Shown here one piece after another: positions 36,787-52,932 of a stretch of 64,000 nucleotides of DNA. Location of the stretch: the NCBI RefSeq assembly GCF_009914755.1, contig NC_060934.1. The stretch is one strand, 5' to 3'. Below the pieces are notes generated by a model. The model was not told the DNA's origin. It ran no database searches and was given only the letters and a program-made list of their open reading frames with translations. The DNA is from the human T2T-CHM13v2.0 reference genome, Homo sapiens. Both the position numbers and the translations under genes were made by a program. Position 1 is the stretch's first letter. The number at the start of each line of letters is the position of its first letter.

Positions 36787-37627
36787 CTTCTGATTGGGTT
36801 TTTTTTGCTTTCTGAACATATTTGTGTGGGGCTTAATAGATTTTCATATGAATATAAAATGATGAGCCTATAGTGGTGTCTTGGGGCCAGAGGTGAACTG
36901 AATTTGTGTTCCATATTTCTTTGGCCAGGGTAGTTTATGGTAGCAAATTCCCTACATTTCCAAACTGCTGACTCGAGGTGTTCTCAGGTTATACCTGTGC
37001 AGAGATGACCGAAGCATGTAGGGCTAGTCAATATAGCAGTGGCTGGAAGAACAGGTAGGGTTGAGCCAGCCGATGTGACACACAAGGGCTATCTGATAAA
37101 TGCATTCCTACATAACCATCGCAGCACAGTTAATCAGATAATTCTCCACAGTATCATTCCACTGAAGGGTTAGTCCTATTGAAGAAGATTCCAGTTTATA
37201 AGAGTCATTGAAAGAATCAATAATACCTGGTGGATGACGCATTCATCTGTAATCTAGACTTGGCTGCTACTGAGTAGCTTGTAAGTCTTTGGCAGATAAT
37301 TCTATCTATGGACAAAAAGGGGGAATGAATTAATTTGCTCCTCTCGAGGGAAAACTATGTGTTGAATATACTGACCCAATTACCTTTGAATTTTATTAAA
37401 TATGAGAAGCTATTTGGCATAGAATTTAATATCCACTCTGCTTTTTTCAGATCTCCATTGAAATAACTAATTTTCTGAGAAGCTCTGTTCAACTCTTTGT
37501 TGAGGTTATCTTCACCTCTTTTCAAAAGACTTCCATTCTCCTTCTACCTATGTGTACCACAAACAAACTTACCTTGATCAACCCTGTCTGCGCTTCAGCA
37601 TATTTTTATGCTAAATCTAGGCCAGAT

Positions 37628-37811
37628 CAGTGTTTCTTAGACTTTAATGTGCACCAGAGTCACCTGAAGGGCTTGTTAACACAGATTTCTGGTCCCACTC
37701 TCCAGGGTTTTGGATTCAGCAGGTCTAGGATGGGGCTGAGAATTTGCAAGTCTAACAAGCTCTCAGGTGATGCTACTGCTGCTGGTCTACGACTGCACTT
37801 GAGAACCACTG
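37628..37811. mobile_element. MER5A MITE
   Basis: Terminal inverted repeats cagtgtttctta / tgagaaccactg. Confidence 0.85.
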
Positions 37812-38454
37812 GGCTGGACAAATAGACCCAAACTCTGGCTGATTATCAAAATCATCTGGGGTAATTATGACCAGAAAGGATGCCTGAGGCCCATACCTGA
37901 ATGCATGAGAATCTCTGGGAGTCTGGGTCAGGATGGAAGTGAGGTGGATAGGGCACCCTGAGAGCAAATGTTTTCTTAAATTTTGCATCCTGAGCACCTC
38001 ACTCTAGTCCTGGCCCTGCCACCAATTTGCACTTAATGCATCAGACTAGCTGCAGCATAGAAATCTCTCTAAAGCTTGCTGGAGTAAATAACAAGAGTGT
38101 GAAGTAGCCTCTTAACCATTTATAGATTGGGCTACTTTTTTTAACAAGGGATGCTAGTGCAGCGATATTTTTAGAGCTAAAAATTCACAGGTCGTGAGCT
38201 TACTAACTGGTTTCAGCTAAATTCCTTCCTTGGTATGGAACCTTTAAGTTACTCAACCTGTTGAAGGTTAACTGCTAATGAACCACTGACCTATATACTA
38301 GGAAAATATAAAATGCAATGGAGCGCATATTGGGATTAGAGCTGGGAGATGTTGATGGTGGTTGCTTCTCTTTCCTTGTCAATCATATGTATGCTTGCAA
38401 ATAATATTTAGTGATTAGCATGTCACAGAAGCAAAAGTACTTTTCTCTCTAAGA

Positions 38455-39405
38455 ATAATTTATTTTGAAATAATTTCAAACTCACAGAAAACTTGCCAGA
38501 AGTTTTACAAAGAACTCCTATATCCCCATCATCAGACTCCCCAACTGATAACATTTTATTGCATTTTCTCTATTGCACTGGATTCTTTTCTCACCCATGT
38601 CCCTCACCCAGCTCACTCTCTCTCCCACCTCCCCCACCTTGCTCGCTCTCTCTCCTCTTCTCTCTCTCTCTCTCTGTCTCTCCCCCACCTTCTTTTCTTC
38701 TCTGGTCTAGGATCCCATCAGGGCACATAAAGGACATTTGATTTTCAGGCCTCCTCCAGTCTGAAAAAGTTCCTTGGGGTTTCTTTTTTCCGTGTTCTTG
38801 ATGGGTTTAAAGTATGAAGCCCTTTCATTTCAAAGGGTGCTCTCAGCTGTCTGATGTTTTCTTGCCACCATTCTTAGGTCATGTTTTCTTGCAGGAACAT
38901 GACAGAAATAATGCCCTTCTCAGGGTATCACCTCAGGGGGCACTCTCTTGACGCATCCCACCACTAATGACATGAACCTTCATCACCTGGTTATGTTGGC
39001 ATCTGTCAAGTTTCTCCACCAGTTTTTCTTTTGTGCTTAGTTATAATTTTGTGGGAGGTATTCCAAGATTATGCCAATATCCTTTTGCTTCTATGATGAC
39101 TGCCAAATGATGACTCTCCATTTTCAGCACTTTTTCTACATTTTTTAGTTGCCATTTTATTGTAAAGCAAGGTTTAATATCATGTAATCATAGATTTCTA
39201 TTTTATTTAATGAGTTGTCATTTGACACTTTCATTCTTCATTTGATGCTCAATTTTTCTACAGTTTAAATGGTGGTAGCCCCTTCATGACATTTTCCCAT
39301 CATTCATTGACTATTTTCTTATTTTCTGGCACAAGGAAAAGATGCCCCAGGCTCATCTTGTTCTTTCTGTGACTCAGCCCAGGAATGAGCCATTTCCTCA
39401 GGGAG
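38455..39405 (-). mobile_element. L1MC4/5-like 3' fragment
   Basis: tttattttgaaataatttcaaactcacagaaaacttgc...ccccaggctcatcttg...aggaatgagccatttc. Confidence 0.7.
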
Positions 39406-40932
39406 ACACTTAGAATCCCCAAACTCCCACCAAATAGCATTTATAATTGAGAATTACATGTTAAGAATTCAGTTAGCTTTCTAAATTTAAGCATATGCAT
39501 ATCAACAAATGTTAAAAACTCAAAACACAATGTATACGTTGAAGGAATAGATAAAAATGGGAAGATAGACCAGTGAAAAGTTTTTATGGTCATGGTCTTT
39601 GTTTATTTCTTCTTGAGTTATACCATCAGCTGAAAAATGTACATACCTCCCAACATTTTATTTGCAGTCTAAGTCTCTTCAGTGTTAACTTGCATCTAGT
39701 TAGTCGGTTTCCTTTCTCTGTGGCTGGTTTGGTGGCTTAGATGGACCAAAACAGTTTTGGCTGTTGACCTTGCAATATATCCCCATGAAGATTTACTGAA
39801 TGGGACAGGGTGTAGAGTTCAATCCAGTTTGCAGTTTGAGCATAAGAAAGATTCTGGAAAAGACCTGCTTATTGTATGTAGTTTGTACAAACCAAAGATG
39901 GTGTCCTGGGAAAGAAATCTGCTGATAACATAATTCTAGTGGTGTTCTTAGAAGGTCAAATTGTTTCCTGCTGAGTTTCCTTGCCAAAATAATTGACTTG
40001 CAACCTGGAAACAGCAGCAAGAAGGGTGAAGGGAGAATGAAGGCATTATTGCTTCCTGTGAATTTTTGCTTTCCTGAAAAGATTCAGGTTTTCCAAAGTT
40101 CTCTGCTATTTTAAAATTCTAATAAGAAGCAGACCTGGCATCTTGTAATGGTTGAGTTCGTATGGTAATTGCATTACAATAAATAGCTGAAGTGCTAGGC
40201 CCATAAAAGTGACCCAAGACCCTCTGTTCTCTTGCAATAGGGGACTCTTTAATAGCCACAGATTTTAAAGGGTCAGTGTCCCTTTGGACCATTTCTTCCA
40301 AGCAGAAATAAGCAAAAGTCTACCTTAAGGGCACTGTGTTAGGTGTGAGTAATTTTATGTCTTTGCTAAGTTAAATGGTATTATTAGCCAGAGAAAGTTA
40401 TGCTGACACAATTTAGGCAGAAATGATATAGGAGATTGTTGGAAAAATCAAACCTTTTGTTTTTCCAAACAAGAAATTAAGCTATTTTGGTGTTATTGGG
40501 AGGAAAATAAACTGAAAATTGTAGTATTAAAGAACACATTTGTCTTTAGGATGTGGAATAAGAATACCAGAATCTCCAGGTTTATAAATTAGATATATGA
40601 ATATGTATTTCATATTCCTTTTCTCCTAATTTCCATTATTCATGGAATTATAAGCATAGAGGAGAAAAAAATAAACTATTTCTAGGACCGACTTCACTGC
40701 ATTCAGATCTTCATGTTTAGGCTATGGTGCTCAATGGAATGAGGGATGGGAAAGATGTATGAAACCTAGATGTGCCTGTGAGTAGCTCATGATTATGCAG
40801 GGGATCGGGGGATTGTATAAGTGTTGCTATGAGTGCAACACAAAGCTCAGTGTGAAATAAACCCTAGGAGTGGCAAAACTAAATGTGATCTAGGTTAAGG
40901 AAGAAAGATGTATTTAGATGAAACTATTTGGA

Positions 40933-40985
40933 GTGTGTGTGTGTGTGTGAGAGAGAGAGAGATAGAAACAGAGAGAGAGAGAGAG
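40933..40985. repeat. (GT)n(GA)n microsatellite
   Basis: Directly visible. Confidence 0.9.
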
Positions 40986-43101
40986 GTACACAGAGAGAAA
41001 GAATAATGCAGATGTTTCTAAATGGAAAGGGCACAGTTATACTCGGCACATCAAAACAAGAGGACTAGCAGGTTGCCCATATGGGTATTCACACTATGAC
41101 ATTTACCTTGGTAAATTCACTAGTGTCCTAGAGACTGGCTTACAGTATTTCAGTTTCAAAAACTGAGGTCTCAGTGTACCAGAGTTGATTTGGCTCAGTG
41201 ATGTTGACTCAGTGTAGCAAAGCTTACATGGGTTTAATGTACAATTTATTAATCCACAATGGGAATTACAATCCTCACTGAGCAGAACATTTATGTTAGC
41301 ATGCGCACAGTATTCTTGTAGGCCTACATGAGCAGTTTACCTGCAGTTGTGAAATCAGAATCTGGAGGATTGGCTGTTTGATTTCAAAATGAAATGGCAT
41401 CAAGCTTAACGGACTGTTGTGTCCATTTCCTACGTGAGGGTACCCTTGGTCATAGGACCCATCAGATACATCTTTGAGCCATGATAAAACGTTTTCCCCT
41501 GGACATTGCTCAGACTAGCACTGCTCACGGTGGGCTCTGATGCTCTTCCTTGTCTTTTTCCACAGGTGACTAAAGATCCTGTTTGGTTTGACCCATTCTA
41601 TCCCCTCTACTCTGCAGAGATTAAAAGCAGAAGATGGTGGATTAAACAACAGAATTGGCTAAACTAAAAAATGGTTTAAAATGATGCATACACACTTACA
41701 TTTTTAAAAATTAATAGTTTTCGATGTAAATTCATCCACTAATCTTTTGATATAGAACCACCATATCACATTTTCATTGATTCTTAGTTTGGATTTCATA
41801 AATTATACCCATTATGTAATCTTTACGACTTCCAGGGATGTGTGCGTTACAATCATTTAAGGTGACTTATAAAGCAATCTGAGGGCAGAGTTTTCCCAGA
41901 TTTTTGTGATTTCCCCCTCGCTTCAGGCTTTTCTTATTTGCACTTAATTTGATAGCAGTTTACTTTCATCCCAATCAACTTTTTTAGTTTTTCCAAAACT
42001 TTAAATTCAATAGAAACAACTATTTTTAACACTCATATTTCATCGGTTTACTGAGTAATTAAATCACTTAATTTAAATATTTTGAAAAAAACATAATTGA
42101 CTTCTAGAAACTTAAACTCAACATATGTATGTTAGAGGGTAGTTACCCAGAAATGAACATGTATCAGACACATCATAGCAGCATTAGGGAGGTTTGGTGA
42201 ATTCAGGAAGTTTGTAGTGTGTATTGATCACTTCAGTTACAAGTAAGTCTTGCTGGCCCAGAAGTCCTTTCTCCTTTGGCTTTGCATTTCTCTTTCTTGG
42301 TCCCTTATATGCTAATGAAGAATCAGAGGGCAGCATATGCCTCAAGAGATTAGTTTTTTCCCTTTTCTTTCTAGTGGGAGGGGTGCCAGGAAAATCATTT
42401 TGGAATCACTAATGGCAGCCACACTCCACCCCACACACAAGAAGGGAAGAGGTGACTAATCCTGACTGATGGGAAGCTTCCAACAGGAGTCAATGTAGCA
42501 CATATAGCTCTATTATCCAGGGAAATGGAGTAGCCTGATCTTTTGAGTTGAAAAGAAAAGCGACTCGCTTCCTTGGATTAATTTTTGGGAGGATCAAAAG
42601 GCAAAGGTTCCAGGTTTATGAGATGTGATGCTAGAACTAATCCTGACACAATGTTCCTTGGGTGCGCTGGTTCTCTGAATGGGGATGGGAATGTAAAGAG
42701 GAGAAGATGAGCTGTTAAGAATTTGGGATCCTGAGCATGGGGTTCTCTGGACTGAGGTCAGCCCTAAGGGGCTGGATTTTCATGCCTGTGAATCTGTGCG
42801 GTTTGTGCAGGGCTCTGGGTCAGCCACACACCTATTGACAAATGTCTGAAACTCGGATTTAAAGAGAGGAAAGCATGGTCTTTCAATGTTATGTTAGAGC
42901 ATTGCTTAGGAGGGCCACCCAAGGTTACTTCATTATCTAGGGGAGTAGACTTTGTTTTAATTTGCTAATCTTCTACCAGTTAAGGCCCAGATTCTGTGAA
43001 ATTTTACTTTCATTGGTATATGTTTTGTTTGGTACAGATTCAAATGGGTTTGTCTTGTAGAAAAGGTAACCCTAGAGGTTATGTGATGATACCCTGTAGG
43101 A

Positions 43102-43454
43102 CAGCCATCCCCGACCTTTTTGGCACCAGAGACTGGTTTTGTGGAAGACAATTTTTCCGTGGATAAGGGAAGGAGGAATGTTTTTGGGATGAAACAGTGC
43201 CACCTCAGATCATCAGGTATGAGTTAGATTCTCCTAAGGAGCATGCGGTCTAGATCCCTTGCATGTGCAGTTCATAATAGGGTTCATGCTCCTATGAGAA
43301 TCTAATGCTGCCGCTGATCTGACAGGAGGTGGAGCTCAGGTGGTAATGCTGGCTCATTCACTGTTCACCTCCTGCTGTGCAGCCTGGTGGCCAATAGGCC
43401 ATGGATCAGTATCCATCTGTGGCCAAGGTCGGGGGGCAGTGTTGGGTACCCCAG
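43102..43454. mobile_element. MER1B hAT-Charlie MITE
   Basis: acctttttggcaccagagactggttttgtggaagacaattttt; 8-bp TSD ctgtagga / ctctagga (7/8). Confidence 0.9.
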
Positions 43455-44397
43455 CTCTAGGACATTACCAGTTTTGTATCCAACCTAGGGCCTTATTCTA
43501 ACATTCAAAATGTCAAATCCCAAGCATCCCACATTTCTCAGATGACCTTGTAACCAGCTTACTCATTAATGAATTGAATGAGGCTTTGACACTGTTGATT
43601 TTTTATTTGCATGATAGCCTCTGTCAGGATGATTTCAGATCTGTTTCTATCAGTGATCCCATGGGAGAGAGAAGCAAAAGCATCATGGACTCCTTGGAGT
43701 CCCCATTTCACCTTGGTGGGATAGGCAGTTTAGCTAGACTTGTTTCAATTCAAGAAGAGGAGGGTATCCCTAAGTTTTTCTTCTCTGAGTAAAGGAGGTG
43801 GGGTCAGGTGGTTAGTGGTGATGATAGTGAGGGTGGAGCTCCAGAGATTAATTGGATAAATAAAAGTGATGTGATTATAATTCCATTTTAAGTTTGTGGA
43901 GCAGTTTGTATCAGGCATTTATAGCAGTGCATTCATTTTTGAATGACTGAGGTAAAACCAATTCTCATCTCTTTGTATTTCTGACAGTGGCATTTGAAAC
44001 CCTATCCTGAAACTGCAAAGATGAGGCAGTGGGACATAGCATTTTGAGTATTTTAGTGCTCAAATAGAAATATACTTACTGGGAGTTACAGTTCATAAGT
44101 GTTGTTCAGTTTGGATCATTTTGATGGAGCTATATGGTATGATTTTTTTTCAGAATTAGACGAGAAAATAAATGTGGCCGCCTCTACTTTTGTATTGTTT
44201 ATCTTGCTCAGACTCATCTGGTTGGCAGTCAGATGCCAAATCTAGCACTGGAAATGATGTACACATTATGATATATTGTTCTTAACATTTTCTGAACATT
44301 TTCTGTCACCAGGTGCTCTTAAACACCTATCATAATTCATTTTCATAATGAAAAGGGACCAAATTATGTCCTATTTTTGTTCTAACATGATGGCAGT

Positions 44398-44590
44398 TGT
44401 AGGTCAGGTTCCCCAGGAAGCAGACTCTAAGAGAGAGATGTGTGTGCAGAAGGTTAAATGGGGATTGCTCTTGGAGTCAACATCTCTTAGGAGTGAAGGA
44501 AGCAGGACGGGTCTGTGGAGAAGTTGAGTTGAAATAGAGTCACAGCAAAGACCTCAGCTGATCCCACAGGATGCTCTGGGCTTTGGAATC
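44398..44590 (-). mobile_element. LTR16-like LTR 3' fragment
   Basis: ggtcaggttccccaggaagcagactctaaga...cctcagctgatcccacagg. Confidence 0.7.
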
Positions 44591-44840
44591 CCCACATTGA
44601 CTAGTTTTTGGTTGCAAGCTGATCCCCTACCAGAGGTTCTGAACTTGGTCAGAGGGGCATTCCTTTGCAAAGAGCAATCACTGATGTTCTACCACCTAGA
44701 TTTTGCTTCACACCAATTCATCTCTTTCTTTCTATTTTCACTTCTGCAGCATAGGTTTAGGCTCTCATTGTTTCTTCAGTGGATTTTTTAATGGTCTTCT
44801 AGCAACTCATTTCCCAGGTCCCACTACTGTCTTCTCCAAT

Positions 44841-44972
44841 TAGGATGACATATAATTTGTCAACGAAACCAGGACACTTTTGAGAGTGGAACAGGATATT
44901 ATTAAACATTACATTTAGAAAGCAGGCATCAACAAGGACCCAGGCAAACTGGGACATATGGACACCGCTCTA
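44841..44972. mobile_element. MER94-like hAT-Blackjack MITE within an L2 relic
   Basis: taggatgacatataattt...aaaccaggacactttttgagagtg...ggcaaactgggacatatggacac. Confidence 0.75.
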
Positions 44973-45709
44973 ATTTATCCTGCATAGCTGTCAGAATTTG
45001 CTTTCTGAAACTCTTGTCTAACCCTGTCACTTGCCCTGTTATATAATGTGTCTAAGGGGAAGCATGTACTGTTCTAATGACTGCAGCGTTCTGCTCTGCT
45101 TGGCTGGGTTTCTCGTTATAAATCAACCAATTAGTTGTCTGCATCTCTTGTAGTTTGGGATAAATTCTAGTAAGTAGAAGTTTTCCCAGGGTTGTATCAC
45201 TTTTGGGTATCATAACAAAGCAAACTTTGAGATTATTCACACTGAGAAGCATTCCCTGGAATGTGCCAACTCGATACAAGCTTGTCCAACACAGTTCTGA
45301 CCCACTGATCAGTGGTGCCCCGGAAGACAACATAGCCACACAGCCTTCAGCCTCAGCATGACCTCTCCACTGCTGTAGGATCAGTGGTTGAATGGATCAA
45401 GTGGGCTATTTAATAAATGGCTGAACAAGACAGAAAGTGGTCAGCGATCCTCATCAGACATATCAGTGTTTTCCAAACCTTTCTGCTTTTCAGGGAAGTA
45501 GTAAAAGAAAACGTTTTTCCTGATAAGAATTCATTTACTTTTCATTCACTGATGAAAGGAATTCTTTCTTAGAACTTTTCTGAGGAAACTAGCTATCCTT
45601 TTGTTATTTCTAATGTGTCTTAAATATTAAAATTTTCATTACATGAGAAATTTGTATGCATTGATGAAAAATTAGAAAATACAGAATAGCAAAAGGAAAA
45701 GTAATTCCT

Positions 45710-46690
45710 GTGCCAGGGGGCAGGGCTGCTTCCACCTCAATTTCAAAGGGTAGGAACCAACACCCAGCTGAGCTGTGGGGGCAGAGGTGCAGAACGCTTT
45801 AAGTGTGACAAACAGTAATGGCATGGGGAGGGCTGCTGCAAAGAGCCAGGGTGTGGGCAGTGTGTCCCCTAATGTTGTCACCCCAATCTCTCTGATAGGC
45901 AGAACTTCTTCCCAAGAGGGGTTGGAGAGCAGAGTATGGCACCAAAGAGGATTAGTCTTAAGCTTTAAAATCTCATGCAATTTGCCTTGCTAGGTTTGGA
46001 CTTGCTTGGAACCCATCACCCCTTCCTTCTTTCCTATTTCTCTCTTTTGGAATGGAAATGTCTTGCCTATGCCTGTCCCACCACTGTATTTTGGAAGCAC
46101 AAAACTTGTTTAATTTCACAAGCTCACAGCTGGAGAGGAATTTTGCCTCAAAATAAGTCATACATTGAGTTTCACCCATATCTGATTTAGATGAGATTTG
46201 GGTGGGAAATTGGATTTTAGACTTTAGAGTTGATGCTAGAACACTTTTGCAGTTGCTGGGATGGGATAAATATATTTTGCATGCAAGAAGGACATGATTT
46301 TTGGAGGGTTGGGGCAGAATGTTATGGACTAAGTATTTGTGTGCCCACCCCCTTCCCCACCACCCAGTAAATTTATGTGTTGAAATCATAACCCCTAATG
46401 TGATGGTATTAAGAAAGTGGAGACTTTGGGAGGTAATTAGGTCTTGGGGGTGAGGCCCTCCTGAATGGAATTAGTGTCCTTATAAAACAGAGTCCAGAGT
46501 GCGTTCTCTCTCTCCTTCCACCATGTGAGGACACAGCAAGAAGATGGCAGGATGCAACTCAGAAGAGGACCGTCACCAAGAATCTGATCCTTCTGGAACC
46601 CTGATCTTGGGCTTCCAAAATAAATTCCTGCTGTTTATTAGCCACCCGGTCTCTGGTACTTTGATACAGCAGTCTGAATGGACAAAACCA
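45710..46690 (+). mobile_element. MLT1A-family internal 3' part (45710-46319) plus 3' LTR (46320-46690)
   Basis: Polypurine tract ggggcagaa|tgttatggact junction; LTR ccatgtgaggacacagcaagaagatggc. Confidence 0.8.
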
Positions 46691-46719
46691 CTCTTTCTAC
46701 CTTGTACATAAGGTTGTAT

Positions 46720-47026
46720 TAATTTTGTATACATTTTTCTGTTGTGTTCTGTGTGAATGTGTCTATAAACACTCACACACATAACAAAAGTATGAGCATC
46801 CTAAGCAAGTGGAACTAACTTTTTTCACTTAGTAATAAAAAATTCTTTCTACATTAATAGGTATATCTCTGCATCATTATTTGTAATGGCTGCACTGTAT
46901 TCAATTTTATGATTGCTCCATACTTTATATAACAATCCCTTATTTTCTAGCATTAAGGAAGTTTCTAACTTTGTTGTTATTTAAGAAAATATTCACTGCA
47001 TATCCTTGTATATATGTATTTTCCCA
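46720..47026 (-). mobile_element. L1ME-like 3' relic
   Basis: taatggctgcactgtattc...tataacaatcccttatt...tttctaactttgttgttat. Confidence 0.55.
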
Positions 47027-47254
47027 TTTTGATTTTTTTAGAATTTTTTTATTATACTTTAAGTTCTAGGGTACATGTACACAACATGCAGGTTTGTTAC
47101 ATATGTATACATGTGCCATGTTGGTGTGCTGCACCCATTAACTCGTCATTTACATTAGGTATATCTCCTGATGCTATCCCTCCCCCATCTCCCCACCCCA
47201 CGACAGGCCCCAGTGTGTGATGTTCCCCATCCTGTGTCCAAGTGTTCTCATTGT

Positions 47255-51080
<3,826 letters not shown>

Positions 51081-51143
51081 TATGATGTTAGCTGGTTATT
51101 TTGCTCATTAGTTGATGCAGTTTCTTCCTAGCATCGATGGTTG

Positions 51144-52168
51144 TTACAATTTGGCATGTTTTTGCGGTGGGTGGTACTGGTTGTTCCTTTCCATGTGTAG
51201 TGCTTCCTTCAGGAGCTCTTGTAAAGCAGGCCTGGTGGTGACAAAATCTCTCAGCATTTGCTTGTCTGTGAAGGGTTTTGTTTCTTCTTCATTTATGAAG
51301 CTTTGTTTCACTGGATATGAAATTCTGGGTTGAAAATTCTTTTCTTTAAGAATGTTGAATATTGGCCCTCACTCTCTTCTGGCTTGTAGTGTTTCTGCCG
51401 AGAGATCCGCTGTTAGTCTGACGGACTTCCCTTTGTGAGTAACCCGACCTTTCTCTCTGGCTGCCCTTAACATTTTTTCCTTCATTTCAACCTTGGTGAA
51501 TCTGACAATTATGTGTCTCGGAGTTGCTCTTCTCGAGGAGTATCTTTGTGGCATTCTCTGTATTTCCTGAATTTGAATGTTGGCCTGCCTTGCTAGATTG
51601 GGGAAGTTTTCCTGGATAATATCCTGAAGAGTGTTTTCCAACTTGGTTCAATTCTCCCCATCACTTTCAGGTACACCAATCAGATGTAGATTTGGTCTTT
51701 TCACATATTTCCGTATTTCTTGGAGGCTTTGTTCATTTCTTTTTACTCTTTTTTCTCTAAACTTCTCTTCTCACTTCATTTCATTCATTTGATCTTCAAT
51801 CACTGATATCCTTTCTTCCACTTGATCGAATTGGCTACTGAAGCTTGTGTATGCGTCATGTAGTTCTCGTGCCGTGCTTTTCAGCTCCATCAGGTCATTT
51901 AAGGTCTTCTCTACGCTGTTTGTTCTAATTAACCATTTGTCTAATCTTTTTTCAAGGTTTTAACTTCTTTGCAATGGGTTTGAACATCCTCCTTTAGCTC
52001 GGAGGAGTTTGTTATTATTGATCGTCTGAAGCTTTCTTCTCTCAACTCATCAAAGTCATTGTCTGTCCAGCTTTGTTCCATTGCTGTTGAGAAGCTGTGT
52101 TCCTTTGGAGGAGAAGAGGTGCTCTGATTTTTAGAATTTTCAGCTTTTCTGCTCTGGTTTCTCCCCAT
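51144..52168 (-). pseudogene. L1 ORF1, frameshifted
   Basis: MGRNQSRKAENSK... (51941-52168) and ENFPNLARQ...REKGRVTHKG (51369-51641). Confidence 0.9.
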
Positions 52169-52725
52169 CTTTGTGGTTTTATCTACCTTTGGTCTTTAAT
52201 GATGGTGACGTACAGATGGGGTTTTGGTGTGGATGTCCTTTCTGTTTATTAGTTTTCCTTCTAACAGTCAGGACCCTCAGCTGCAGGTCTGTTGGAGTTT
52301 GCTGGAGGTCCACTCCAGACCCTGTTTGCCTGCGTATCACCAGTGGAGGCTGCAGAATGGCATATGTTGCTGCTGGATCCTTGCTCTGGAAGTTTCATCT
52401 CAGAGGGGCACCTGGCTGTATGAGGTGTCAGTCGGCCCCTACTGGGAGCTACCTCCCAGTTAGGCTACTCGGGGGTCAGGGACCCACTTGAGGAGGCAGT
52501 CTGTCTATTCTCAGATCTCAACCTCTGTGCTGGGAGAACCACTACTCTCTTCAAAGCTGTTAGACAGGGACATTTAAGTCTGCAGAGGTTTCTGCTGCCT
52601 TTTGTTCAGCTATGCCCTCCCCCAGAGGTGGAGTCTACAGAGGTGGGCAGGCCTCCTTTAGCTGCAGTGGGCTCCACCCAGATCGAGCTTCCTGGCCACT
52701 TTGTTTACCTACTCAAGCCTCAGCA

Positions 52726-52932
52726 ATGATGGATGCCCCTCCCCCAGCCTCGCTGCCACCTTGCAGTTCAATCTCAGACTGCTGTGCTAGCAGTGAGCAA
52801 GGCTCCATGGGTGTGGGACCCTCCAAGCTAGGTGCGGGATATAATATCCTGCTGTGTCGTTTGCTAAGACTGTTGGAAAAGCACAGTATTAGGGTGGGAG
52901 AGTCCCGATTTTCCAGGTACCATCTGTCATGA
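52726..52932 (+). CDS. ORF0: LINE-1 antisense ORF0 homologue, open, 68 aa (in-frame upstream ATG at 52612 gives 106 aa); expression unknown
   Basis: MMDAPPPASLPPCSSISDCCASSEQGSMGVGPSKLGAGY...IRVGESRFSRYHLS* aligns to recalled L1HS ORF0 (MAGAPPPASLPPCSLISDCCAS...IRVGVTRFSR). Confidence 0.6.
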   Translation: MMDAPPPASLPPCSSISDCCASSEQGSMGVGPSKLGAGYNILLCRLLRLLEKHSIRVGESRFSRYHLS

